Shown here: one piece after another, positions 24,063-34,693 of the stretch
Numbering within the stretch: the stretch's first letter is position 1
Layout: the number at the start of each line of letters is the position of its first letter
Assembly: GCA_965655095.1 (NCBI GenBank)
Contig: OZ296652.1
Coordinates: 30,690,001 to 30,754,000 of the forward strand
Length of the DNA stretch: 64,000 nt
Source of the DNA: Haplodiscus bocki
Taxonomy: Eukaryota
Direction of reading: 5' to 3'
Notes under the pieces: generated by a model
Databases searched by the model: none
What the model was told of the DNA's origin: nothing
The model's input: the letters and a program-made list of their open reading frames with translations, nothing else
Program-made: the position numbers and the translations under genes

Positions 24063-24690
24063 ATCTAATTAACCTTTTAAAACTTTATCAAAAGCTTTTT
24101 ACATAGCTCAGTCAGAAAAAAGTTATGGCGTCCGGCGCTCCGTCCGCGCAGGTTCGAATCGCCGCAGGAGATCTCTTCTTTTGTACTCCATTACTTCTGC
24201 TCACACTATACTACTACGCGAAAAAGTATCCGGGGGTGTAAAAATTATGCGGCAGCAGAATATTTATCCGGCGGCGGAATAACTATCCGGGTGGGCGCGG
24301 CTGGACCGAAAATTCGCACAAAAAAACTCACAATGCTGAAAATTGTCGTACAGTGCTGCAAATAACCTATTCCATATATTAATACCTTGCGGGACCATTC
24401 CATATCGTTATGCATTACCAAAAACACTGTCTTAATACAATGCCGAAACTATACTTTATCTTAGGACAATAATACCCTATCCCTTATCCTAATACAGTGC
24501 CCACACAAACCCTATCTTCCTACATTGAAACCCTATCCCTTATCTTAATACAGTGTCGAAACATGCCCTATCTTGTTACATGGCCGGGGGACCCTTCTCG
24601 GCGCTGGGCACAAGTCGGCTGCTGTAGCCTATCTTCATACATGGAGGGTCCCCAACCCCCCTCGTTTGATCAGCTCCGCCTTCTACTACT
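24063..24690 (-). repeat. Right terminal inverted repeat of inner Polinton
   Basis: Reverse complement of 3574-4259, visibly diverged and with fewer subrepeats. Confidence 0.92.
24100..24182 (+). ncRNA. Putative Pol III (tRNA-like) unit in right TIR
   Basis: A-box-like TAGCTCAGTCAG (24104-24115), CCGCGCAGGTTCGAATC with B-box at 24151-24161 (resembles the tRNA-Ser T-arm), and TTTT at 24179-24182. Confidence 0.4.
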
Positions 24691-24976
24691 CAAAACACTA
24701 CGCTAAATGTTGTTGGAATGCAACTATTCCGATACATTGGAGTGATTGATTAAATAGATGAAATTGATCTGGCCTAAAATTGACAAAAACTAAATGGTGG
24801 CAGGCAAATCTGTGTGAACATCAAGACTGATGTAGACAAGTTTAACAATTTCTGTACCGTTAAAGAAACAATTTTCATTTCAATGGTACTGAAGTCCATT
24901 TTAGGAAGAGAATACCTGAAGCTCTTGGCAAAATGAGTGTATCTTTTGAGTTGTTCTCACACATATATCAAACGGT

Positions 24977-25900
24977 GTGTCTGTAGATGAAACAGTTGTA
25001 CATTACGGAAACAATTTTAATCAAGTAAAGATATCTTCAAGAATGAATATTCCCTTTTTAATGAGCATTTTCCGACACTCCTCCGGAGTAAAATTGTCAA
25101 TTGAACAACATTTCTGTCGCAGAAACCCTGTTCTATGTACCTCTTACTGTTGGAAAAGTAAAAACGTGTTCACAGAATGTGGCTCGGAAAATTTCCATTT
25201 GCCGCAGTCGAACTTGAACTATTTGTCACTGCAAAATTTTAGACGACTTGCAATACGACATATTGCTGCTGGAGCAGAACGTTCTTGTACAGGCAAAGAA
25301 ATTGGCTACTGTTTCATGGTTGGACGAAGACTAAATCCATATTTGCTTGGTCGCGTGACTGGACTAATCTTTTGTCATTACGTGATGCTCTTTTCGCTAT
25401 CATTTTCAATTAGGTCAATTTTGAAGTAGTATGTCTTGCATTTTGGAAAGTAATGAGCTGGCAGATTGATAAAATAACAATGACTGGGAGTTTTCATTGA
25501 TAGGAAGGTTCAGTAATACTCAATTCATCTTCCAAAATTTTACACACCCACAATACAAGCATTTTGATGTAGAGAAAATTTGCACGGAATTCTGTGGAAC
25601 AGTAGACGTTTGAATTACGGTGAGCTTGCAAACAATTTTCCAGGAAGTGTATAAGTTGAACACTTCCCAAAGGCCAGTGGAAAGTTCAAGACTCTTGGAA
25701 CTCTAATGGACAAGTATGCAAAAAACTTGTTTGATCATGGCTGCCCCGAAATTAGAAAACTTGTAGATCCCGAAGTGGGTGAAATACTCTCTATTTTTGC
25801 GGGTTAGCAATTTTAACACCAGACACATCACTGCGCACAGCCAAAGGCAAAATATTTGTTAACTGAGCAATGCTGTACCTAAAGGTATATATTTTGTTTC
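24977..25900 (+). pseudogene. Outer homologs of the inner 14515-14918 and 13980-14508 genes
   Basis: LLGRVTGLIFCHYV and DHGCPEI relics in the same order as in the inner element. Confidence 0.6.
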
Positions 25901-26229
25901 GTAATAGGTATTGTCTGTGTCTACGGTCTAAAACATTTTGAACTGGTTCCTTTTTTTGCAGCACTCCCTTTTGAGAAATTGAGAATAGAAGCAGGATGAC
26001 TCATCAAGATTATGTTAATGATTCAGGCAAAAGTGATTTTGACAACAACAATTGACAACAACAATCAGACAAGAAAAAGTTGAGTTTGTGTGGGACAGAC
26101 CTCTTTTAGACCTCTGATTGTTCTTGTGCCAAATTTGCGTCATTTAATTGAACATTTTTGGTTGCTTTTCGAGACTTCGTTTTTGAAAATCTCGTGACAA
26201 GTCACTTATTTTCAATCTAAATCAATATT

Positions 26230-26622
26230 CATTCTAAAGAAACTTTTGACTTTAGATCATTGTTTGTGGGTGTCTGGGTTGGTCTGTACCAGACACGAAA
26301 ATTGCAACTGATTTTTAATCGGTTAGAAATGAGAACTTTTCAGTCAAAATATGACAAAAATAAGACAACACATGCTTTTTTAATCAACACTGCTACCCGC
26401 ATTGCGTTTTTGTTCAACCAAAAAACAAAAAAATGTCAATTTTTGACGAACATTGCAAATAGTTTCCCAATTCAAACGCCTTTGTTGATAATGCCAATGC
26501 TACAACACATTTCGGAATGAGTAATACCAACATAAATCACAACTTCTTCCCTTCATGTAAAGTAGGTCGGAAGTTGAGCTCCAACACACCCACCTACACG
26601 CACACACACACACACACACACT

Positions 26623-26672
<50 letters not shown>

Positions 26673-26900
26673 CTGTTCGATCCAAATCTCCCCGTCCCGC
26701 GAGAACTGATGCAAGTCATTAGGCTTAGTTCAAAGTTGGGTCATGGATCAAAGTTAGTTGACTGGTATCTAGCTACAACGTCTGTTTCCTACAGTCTTTT
26801 TTGATTGATTAGTTTCCGCGGACACAAAAGAAAGATTTACAGTGCTTCATAAAGAAAAACTCCAATCCCTCAATTTTTTATATTCCTCAACCATAACCAT
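26230..26900 (+). pseudogene. Outer packaging ATPase, decayed and interrupted by (CA)n
   Basis: VGLYQTRK (Walker A relic)..TFQSKYDK..VELQ[(CA)n]..PRELMQV..LGHGSKLVDWY. Confidence 0.7.
26583..26668. repeat. (CA)n microsatellite
   Basis: About 85 bp of near-pure CA repeats. Confidence 0.97.
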
Positions 26901-27719
26901 TAACGCTTTTAAATATTTTGGTTGATGAACTATTGAAAATTTTCCAATCTCCAAGCGATGTTCAGAGCTCTAACAGGCGATTTTAAGTTTGACCTCTTGG
27001 GTCATCCCTGGTTCGGAGATGAAAATTTCTGAACGTCTGTGATTGAACATTACTAGCGACATACAAACAGTTACAAACGATCAAAACAGCCAATAACGTG
27101 TTTTTTTTCGTTTTTGATGCTAAAAACACAAGAAACTGAAATTTTCAAATGCGTTCTTATGGGCTATAGCGTGCTTACTACCTTCTATTGAACTGAATGG
27201 AAGCAGTGAAATTTTCAAATGTATAAACCATCGCAACATCCATCAGTTGTTGTCTTGTTGGCATCCACAACAGGCAGTACAACTAGACCCACAAGGGAAA
27301 AATCATCGGTTACAGTGTGAATTGCCAAGAGTATTAACAACAACAAAAAAATTGTTAGTCGTCCCTGCACCCTAATACTAATGCAATTTTTGTTTATATA
27401 AATCTTTGTCATTTATTAAAATGATTTTTTTCCGCTCATTTCCGATCTTCACACCTGACGCGCAGTATTCAGCATATACATGTTATCAATCCAAATTACT
27501 ACTGCATGTACTTTTTGACTAAGAATTGTGCTATTCTCATTTCGATCATACCTTTAACACAGTAAAAACAAACTTCAGCTAAAGTTGACGCTTTTCCCAA
27601 ATTTTGATTTCTAATCCTACACAACTTTTCACGTAGTATCATCAGCTTTCCTCACCCTTTTATAATCTTATTGAAACAAAATTGCAAAAATCGATAAACT
27701 TTAAACTAATTAATTCATA

Positions 27720-28150
27720 TCATTTGAAAGAACAGTACAACAAATTTCCCATCTTCTGATGTTTCGCGTGAAGATTTTATCAATTCACAAACTTCTGTTA
27801 ATATAGGAACCCCTGAAAAGTATCGTGGATTGAGTACTATATGCACTGAACATGTTTCCTTTCAACAATTGGAACTGGATCGAGATGTTCAGTTGGAGAG
27901 CACTCACGCATAATTTCCTTCAAAACATCCTATTACAGGACAGAAATCACTAGGCTAAATACACTGGGGTATCGGATCACAGACAACTGACTGGTATCCA
28001 GACTCAACGGCTGTTCCCTCCGGCCAATTGTTGAGTGACAGATTGTCACGAACAAATATTCGCATACGTTTTTCTACAGACAACGGATTCACTTTCTTAA
28101 ATTTTTAAGAACCCGATGGCGTAAAGCATTTAACTTTATGGGCTCTTGAC
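27720..28150 (+). pseudogene. Second decayed copy of ATPase C-terminal half in outer element
   Basis: VNIGTPEKYRGLSTICTEH..LDRDVQLESTH..DWYPDSTAVPSGQLLSD aligns with VDIATAGRHRGFS..LGKDVELQNTH..DWFWDASSVTFGHLLID. Confidence 0.62.
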
Positions 28151-28859
28151 ACACAAATGTTTCTGTTCTTCCTTCATTCCTATCTTTTTCCCACAAATGC
28201 AAAAGCATTTTCCATCAATCCTGCCCAAAAGAATTTTTCAGTTTCTTTGCAATTGGAATTGCATAATGAATCTGCTCAAAGGAGACCTGTAAAGCATACA
28301 AAGACATCATGTTGCATTGTTTCAGAACCATGTTTGTTTGTTTTTTGTGAACAAACAGCTGGGAAGAAAAGAAGAGAAGTTCTCGCATCTGAAAAGGGCT
28401 TACATTCAAAGAAAATCTTTACTCCTCCCGTTATTAACCAATTATTTTGTTACGGAGCAAAGTTTTTCGTTCCCGCTTCAGTAGACAACAAAATTTCAGC
28501 TATCCAATCATTTAGGAAGCAGAAACAGCCAAACTATTAATCTCAACAAGGTCTCACTTACCATGTTGATTAACTTGAGAGGGAAGTAAACAAAAAGTTG
28601 TTTGCCAAAGCCCATTCTTCAGTCGACAAATTTTTGTCTTGTCCGCGTATCAAGCTCTCAAATTCAGAGACTATAGTATTGGATAGTATAGAGACTGGAG
28701 TTTTACCGTCAGATTTTGTTCAACAACTGTGTCGTAATAACGCAGAGTTTCGAGACATTCACACTGCTTTACTTGACGCTGCTGGTATATTTCCGACTCC
28801 GGTTCTGAATCAAAACGCCAAAGCCAAAGACAGATGACCTGGGATTTTTTCCAACTTTG

Positions 28860-29748
28860 GGTGTCAGAAGCTGCTAAAATTGTACAGACAGGGTAGTGCT
28901 GGATACGGGTCTTAGCACAAACCACTGGAAATTAGCAGTCTACGAGTATCAAAATTGAGACAAATTTGCGATCGAACGGCTTCCTATAATAAGTTTACTC
29001 CGGCTACAAGTAAAAACAAGATTTTGAAAGCCCTTGCTAGATTCAAATATTAATTTCTGTGAAAGGAATTGTCATATGTTGACAAAATAGCAAAAGACAC
29101 TAACGGTGTAAGGTGTTTCTTAGTACGTCAAAACTAGCTTATCAGAATCGTAGATGCAAAAGGAAAAAACAAAGGATTCCGAAACTTTTTGCGCAGTTTC
29201 AACAATGATTACAAAGAAAAACCAAGCGAAATAAATAGGGTCGACGAGCAAATAGATATTGCTGGAGAGTGTAAAAAAATGTTCATAACGTGAAGGTAGA
29301 GAGTATTACTCTACGATGAGTGAAATTAAGCCTGCATTTGCTGAACGTACATAACAATCCTCGAGAAACACATTCTACCGCTACATGGATGAATATGGAT
29401 AGAAGTTCATCCGAAATTTGTCTCAGTTTGTTACAATCCGGATTTCTTGAAGGAATTGCTCAGTACACTTGATACCGAATGTGTGGAAAACTTTCACTTT
29501 TTCTGCATTCTGCAGGGCGAAGCAATTCGAGAATACCACAAACTCAATTTTGAAAATGAAGACAGAGTTCTCGTTTGCAGGTATGATTTAACACTCAAAT
29601 TGGGTTACAAGCCACAATTTATACAAAAATCCTTTGAAATTGTTGCAATCGCCTTCAGAACACCGCCATGATACACGATGGAAGAAGAAAGAGGAGAGAT
29701 TATACGTGGTAATTTTCACCAAAGAACAGTTGATCAAAGTAATTTGAC
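28860..29748 (+). pseudogene. Outer integrase, decayed
   Basis: YVDKIAKDTNGVRCFLVRQ, YSTMSEIKPAFAERT, GYKPQFIQKSFEIVAI and EIIRGNFHQ..LIKVI* relics. Confidence 0.8.
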
Positions 29749-29749
29749 G

Positions 29750-30545
29750 ACGGAAAGTTCCACAATAGAGGTGGCTTCTAACGCATCTGTACACTTATTT
29801 AGAGACGACACACTTAGTAGTTCTAGAATTTTTTTTGCCTGAGCTACTGAATCTGGAGGGGCAATGGCACTTTGCATAGTCGGAAGCATCCTACCCGTCA
29901 ATGTACCAAAATGAAACAGAAGGGAATTTCATGTTTTTTGACAAGAAATTTTGAGATTCTCCAGAAATTCACTATCTGGAACGCTGTCTATACCGTCCAT
30001 TATGGATATTGTTGAAGCCATGAACATGCTCATTCAAGAATAACTCAATCACAGCAAGTTTTCATCACACTCAAAATGTCCCAAAAATGCCAACAATTGA
30101 GATGTACATTGCAAAAAAAATCTGGTCTCTCTTTTCTCAAAACAGATTCGGGAGAATTTTTTGGAAATAACATTGACAATGATATTCGAGCGATATTGAG
30201 AAGATAATCAGAACAAAAGCCTGATTTTGCCTACATCATTATGTGGATAGAGTCTCTGATGATGTTCAGAGAACAAATTGAGGCAATATGGTGGCAACAC
30301 AAAAGCTCCATTGATCCACTGCTTTTTCTTTGTTTCTTTGTTTGAGAGCTAAAAGCTGGGAATATTGAGACCACTGGACATTACATGAACTATGGGACAA
30401 TTAGTAACCTACAATTTGAACCGCTGCTCAAAAAAATTTTTCTTAGTATAAAAATTAAATGAAACACAGGATTTGTGAAAAAAACAGTCGTATCTGTTGG
30501 TGTCACTAGACTTTTTTGATGTTTAGAAAAGCGTTCAACACTCTT
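29750..30545 (+). pseudogene. Outer minor capsid protein, decayed
   Basis: TIEVASNASVHLF..LNLEGQW..SYPSMYQN..MDIVEAMNMLIQE..TKAPL relics. Confidence 0.75.
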
Positions 30546-30552
30546 TTGTAAC

Positions 30553-32260
30553 GATGAAAACGCTACAGTTTGATTGCTTCAACGAAACTGGAGTTTTTTT
30601 TCTTCGGAGGTACTGGTTGACAGCATGGAAGGGGAATAAGTGCTGATTAGTAAAACCGCAATTCCATTTTTGCGTAAATTGCGAACTTTGTGGCTGCTGA
30701 TTTATTGGAATTTGCTGCACCATAAATTGCAGAGTTTGCCTGTAGTGGAATAAAAATTCAAGACAGCTGCAAGGAATGTGGGAAGACAAACCTTGGGAAG
30801 ACAGTTGAACAATGGTGGCAAAAACTGTTGTGGAAGCCGAGTCACTGCAAAAAAAATCTGCAAAATGCAACAGTCGATCGTTTAAAGACGTTTTCACGAA
30901 CATTTTTCATTAAATTTTCCAAACAATTGTCGACCCCAGACTTTTGTGGCAATGTCATGAAACCTCAGAGGGAAAGTCCTAGTAGTTTACAAGGTTAAGT
31001 CGTCAACGAACAAGAAATTTCTGACTCTACCTCAATCCGTGCGGACTGCATCGATTTAAAACTTCAAAAGAGGCACTTTAACTTTGATTTGAGACAGATT
31101 TTCAATTGTCGAAGGTCTTGTTCACAAAAACAATACCGAAAAAGTTAGGCAAAGAACACAAGGAGGAAACAAAGAAGGCTGCAGCAGATGAAAAAAAACC
31201 GAGAAAGACATTCCGGTTTTTTGCGGTAATTGATGTAAAAAAATTTTGACTGCGTTTTTTTTCCAATAATCAGGTTTACATGAACAATCAACAAACTTAC
31301 AATTCAAATTGTTTCTTTATGCACCAGTCCAGTTTTACATTACCAGCAACTTTAATGGAGCCCTCTCTGAATGCAACGGAGTTTTGCACTCCAAAGTGTA
31401 TGAATAAGAAACACGTTCCGATCAGATTATGGACGCACCCTTGTCTTAATCCTTCTTCATATTGAGAAATTGTTTAGTAGACCCTTAGACTCGACGGTTT
31501 CATGCTGTATGGTAAAATGGGGTTGCCTTTTCCTCCACTTCTGAATTGCTAGACCCAAACGAGAAAAATAGGCTTTGCTTATTCAGAACCAGACCTAAAT
31601 TTCACAAGATGACCAACAAATCCAGCGGTAGTTTTGGAATTGATGGTTGTTCGCTTCACGCACGCCGTGTTGCTCTCAAGCATGATTATCACAAGAAAGC
31701 AATTGGACGTACCTCCATAAACGCCTCTGGAGTAAAACTAATTGGAGACTCTACCAAAGTTTTTCTCCTCTCCTGCCAGACCAAACCAATTCATTCCTGA
31801 AAACACTTTAAATATTGCTGCAGTTCTCAGAATAGCTATTGCAATAAACTCAAACTCTGAATACACTGGATCGTTTAGTGAAACGTTATCCTGGTATCAG
31901 TTAATCGACCTTAGACATTTACGTATACTAGAGGAGGTCAACCATTTGTAGACTTCGATGCTGCTGATAATTGTTGCTTACATGTTACGACAATGAAATG
32001 AACGATCTCTCAAATGACATCTTTTCATTTCCCATGATAATATCCCAGACTACTAGGTACCAGTGTTTGATTTGACTTCAAGGAAAGATGCTACAGAAAC
32101 TTTTCATAACCCCCAAATAGATGCATTTGGACATTCACTGAGACTGGAGCTATACTTCACTTTCCCTCCAGAACATGTCACTGTACTCATTGTATTGGGG
32201 AACAATTGTGTTCGATTGCAGTTGACAAATGTGATGTTGTCCAGAAGATTACCTGAAAGG
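30553..32260 (+). pseudogene. Outer core-protein and major capsid genes, decayed
   Basis: SVGRQTLGRQL, DGFMLYGKMG, IAIAINSNSEYTGSFSETLSWYQ and VFDLTSRKDATE..LRLELYFTFP relics. Confidence 0.78.
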
Positions 32261-32261
32261 C

Positions 32262-32640
32262 ATAAAATTGTTATCCAACAGATAGTCAATCGTAACTCTC
32301 GCTCAATGTGGGTACCTTGAATCATTCCCTTCAGAAATTTTCAACTTTTCCATATGAGACTATTTCCATTTTATAAAATACGCAAACCTAGAAAATGCTG
32401 AATGAACATTTTCGAATGATTGCCAACTCTCCTCGCATTTTTTTCTCAAACTCTCGGACGTGAAAAATAAAACTTCTTAAGCGGCACAACAAACAGATGA
32501 TGCCTCAACCACTGCAGTCCCATCTAAGTTTTTGCGGTTTCAACATGATATATGCAATTTTTCATCTCCTCAATTTTTGACAAAAAGAAATTAATGGAGT
32601 TCACGATGCTAGTGTGCTTCCATTTATAAGTTTTTAGATG
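32262..32640 (+). pseudogene. Outer adenain-like protease, decayed
   Basis: IVIQQIVNR..INTQ..NEH..LQSHLSFCGFNMIYAIFHL..EINGVHD relics. Confidence 0.72.
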
Positions 32641-33811
32641 CCGTACTTCAATTTTTCTATTGTAAATATGCAGGTTCCAAATTGCTTTTGTTCATATTTT
32701 TTACACTATACTGAACTTTTTAAAAAATTCAAGACAATTTTTTTCATGGCATTAAGTCACAAGAGTGTCCACAACTGCCTGCCTCCTTCCGCTGGCGCTC
32801 CCTTCATAAAAAACCACAGGCGTAGTATTAGGTCCGCGTGGTAATAAATATGAACTTAAGAAATTCATTTCAAAAAGACTTTTTCGAAGAAAAACTCACA
32901 GTGCCAAAATTTAGTCAATAAACCCGACTACCTATTTTTATGTTTAGCGAAACTTTATAGCCTATTCTAATACATTGCCTATCTCAATACATTATCAAAC
33001 ACAGTCAGATTTTGTCCAAAACCAAAAAGTAGTCGGTAGCCAATCAGAATTGAGAACGAAAACCATAAAGCCTCGTCAACCAATCAAAATCGAGTATCAC
33101 AACGCCGAAAGACACCCGAGAACTGTTAGCCAGAGTGGAAGACCCTTCTCGGTTCTGGTTTCGAGTCGGCTCGCTATAGCCAATCTTAATGCATGGAGAG
33201 TCTTCCACGTCCCCCCCCCCCACCTGATCTTCCCATCTGATCAGCTCACTCTCTTACTCCTTTTACTCAGCAGCACTTGGAAAATTCTAGGTTAATCTTA
33301 ATTTCAAAATTTTTCAGATCTCGACCAGAAGTCATTCTCAATTCTTATTTAAGCGTTGTAAGTGTTCAGTATTTCATTTCATTGGGTTGCGTTCAAAATT
33401 TTGACGTGTTGCTTCTATTAAATGTTATTTTCTAGAGAAGAGTTGTCTTCAGTTTCGTTAACTTGCGTGGTATACTACGGTTTCAAAATTTAACGATTTT
33501 CGAAGAAACTATCAAGTGACTCAATACATCGCTGAAAAAGGGCAAAAAAGTTAAGGAAAAAGTTTCCCCGAATGCAATAAAACTACGGCATAATAACTAC
33601 TAAAATAATTGTTCGATTCTGTCACATCAATGCATGTCAGTAAAAATAACTTCAAGTTGTGGGAAAACTTTGCCTCTACAAAATTTGTCTAAGATGAATA
33701 ATTTTTGATACCAATCACACGTGAAAACTACTTCTATTGAAAATGAACTGATGGTTACTTTTTTTGACTACTTCACACTACAATTCAATCATCCGTCTCA
33801 GTTCTTCCCTA

Positions 33812-34693
33812 ATGACGTTTTTCAAACTTGTGACAATCATTTTAATACCATACCTTTTACCATTTGAAGCTTCCGACGTTCACTTCGATAGAAGAGAACC
33901 TCCAAACGAATGGGGAACGTATTACAAACTCCCTAGAGATCTTCCCGGAATGAATTCTTTGTTTGAATCAGCTTATAAGGATTCAATTTACCCGCAATCT
34001 TTTAACCAAACTAAATTCAGTAAATGTTCTCCGGAGGAAATTTATCTGGAATATTGGTACCAGAGCTCCAAAAACAACGAGATTTTTCTATTCAACTGCT
34101 TCTGCCGGCAAGCGAGTATATATGACGGGTACTTTACTGTCAATGCGTCTACTAAGCAAGTTTTGAGAGCAAGTGACTATTTGTCGACTTTTGGCATTGT
34201 TGACATTGGAGAGTACGGGAACAATATAGCTAACGACGAAAATTTTATGAGAAGTTTACTGGATGACGTTAGGGATAATCTCTTGTTCCAAGCTGGCAGC
34301 ACTGACCCCTCATGCATTGACCCTGGCTTAAACACTATACATAGCTTGAAATTCAAAGTAGAAAATGAACTGGAATATTACCAAATTCGCATTAGTTGTA
34401 ATATCGACAAGACATCTGGATACGCAAGCCACTACACTTACATCGAAGTTGTTTACGACTCAAAATACTTGAAGGTCAATGGAGGCAGAGCAGAATTAGC
34501 AGTTTTGAGAAACCCCATGCATAATTTTAAGTTTGCTAAGATACAAAAAAAGGATGAAACTCAAACTGAAATCGTGCCGGATGTTAAAGATGAATCAACC
34601 GCAGCCACAGCCACTCCATGTTTTTGCGTTAATTTTTCTATTTTTGGAATTTGTTCAACTATTCATTTACTTCTATTCGTAATGCTCTGTTAA
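33812..34693 (+). CDS. Intronless secreted, probably GPI-anchored or C-terminally membrane-tethered protein (293 aa), family unrecognised
   Basis: Long clean ORF in a decayed neighbourhood. Signal-peptide-like MTFFKLVTIILIPYLLPFEAS, scattered Cys, and STAATAT spacer followed by a hydrophobic C-terminus. Confidence 0.7.
   Translation: MTFFKLVTIILIPYLLPFEASDVHFDRREPPNEWGTYYKLPRDLPGMNSLFESAYKDSIYPQSFNQTKFSKCSPEEIYLEYWYQSSKNNEIFLFNCFCRQASIYDGYFTVNASTKQVLRASDYLSTFGIVDIGEYGNNIANDENFMRSLLDDVRDNLLFQAGSTDPSCIDPGLNTIHSLKFKVENELEYYQIRISCNIDKTSGYASHYTYIEVVYDSKYLKVNGGRAELAVLRNPMHNFKFAKIQKKDETQTEIVPDVKDESTAATATPCFCVNFSIFGICSTIHLLLFVMLC

Larger units (their letters stand above)
3574..24690. mobile_element. 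Inner Polinton/Maverick (adintovirus-like) element, full length, pseudogenised, with internal tandem duplication
   Basis: Left end AGTAGTAGAAGGCGGAGCTGATCAAA (3574) and right end TTTGATCAGCTCCGCCTTCTACTACT (24690) are exact reverse complements. Flanks are CAAAAA (3568-3573) and CAAAAC (24691-24696), a 6-bp TSD with one mismatch. Encodes pPolB, integrase, ATPase, protease and two capsid proteins. Confidence 0.95.
1..33267 (+). mobile_element. Outer, older Polinton of the same family, split by the inner element; left end lies upstream of the window
   Basis: 1-3573 and 24691-32640 carry heavily decayed homologs of the inner genes in the same order but opposite orientation. The right end TGATCAGCTCACTCTCTTACTCCTTTTACT (~33238-33267) resembles the inner terminus; the exact last base is uncertain. 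Confidence 0.88.

Noticed and set aside
3574-24690. Active or infectious element, or domestication of the EGF ORF by the host
   Set aside because: All core genes have stops or frameshifts and the TIRs have diverged. An open 234-bp EGF frame is not evidence of selection when an 1128-bp pPolB stretch is also open.
26500-26804. VC- and HT-repeat ORFs
   Set aside because: Translations of the (CA)n microsatellite.
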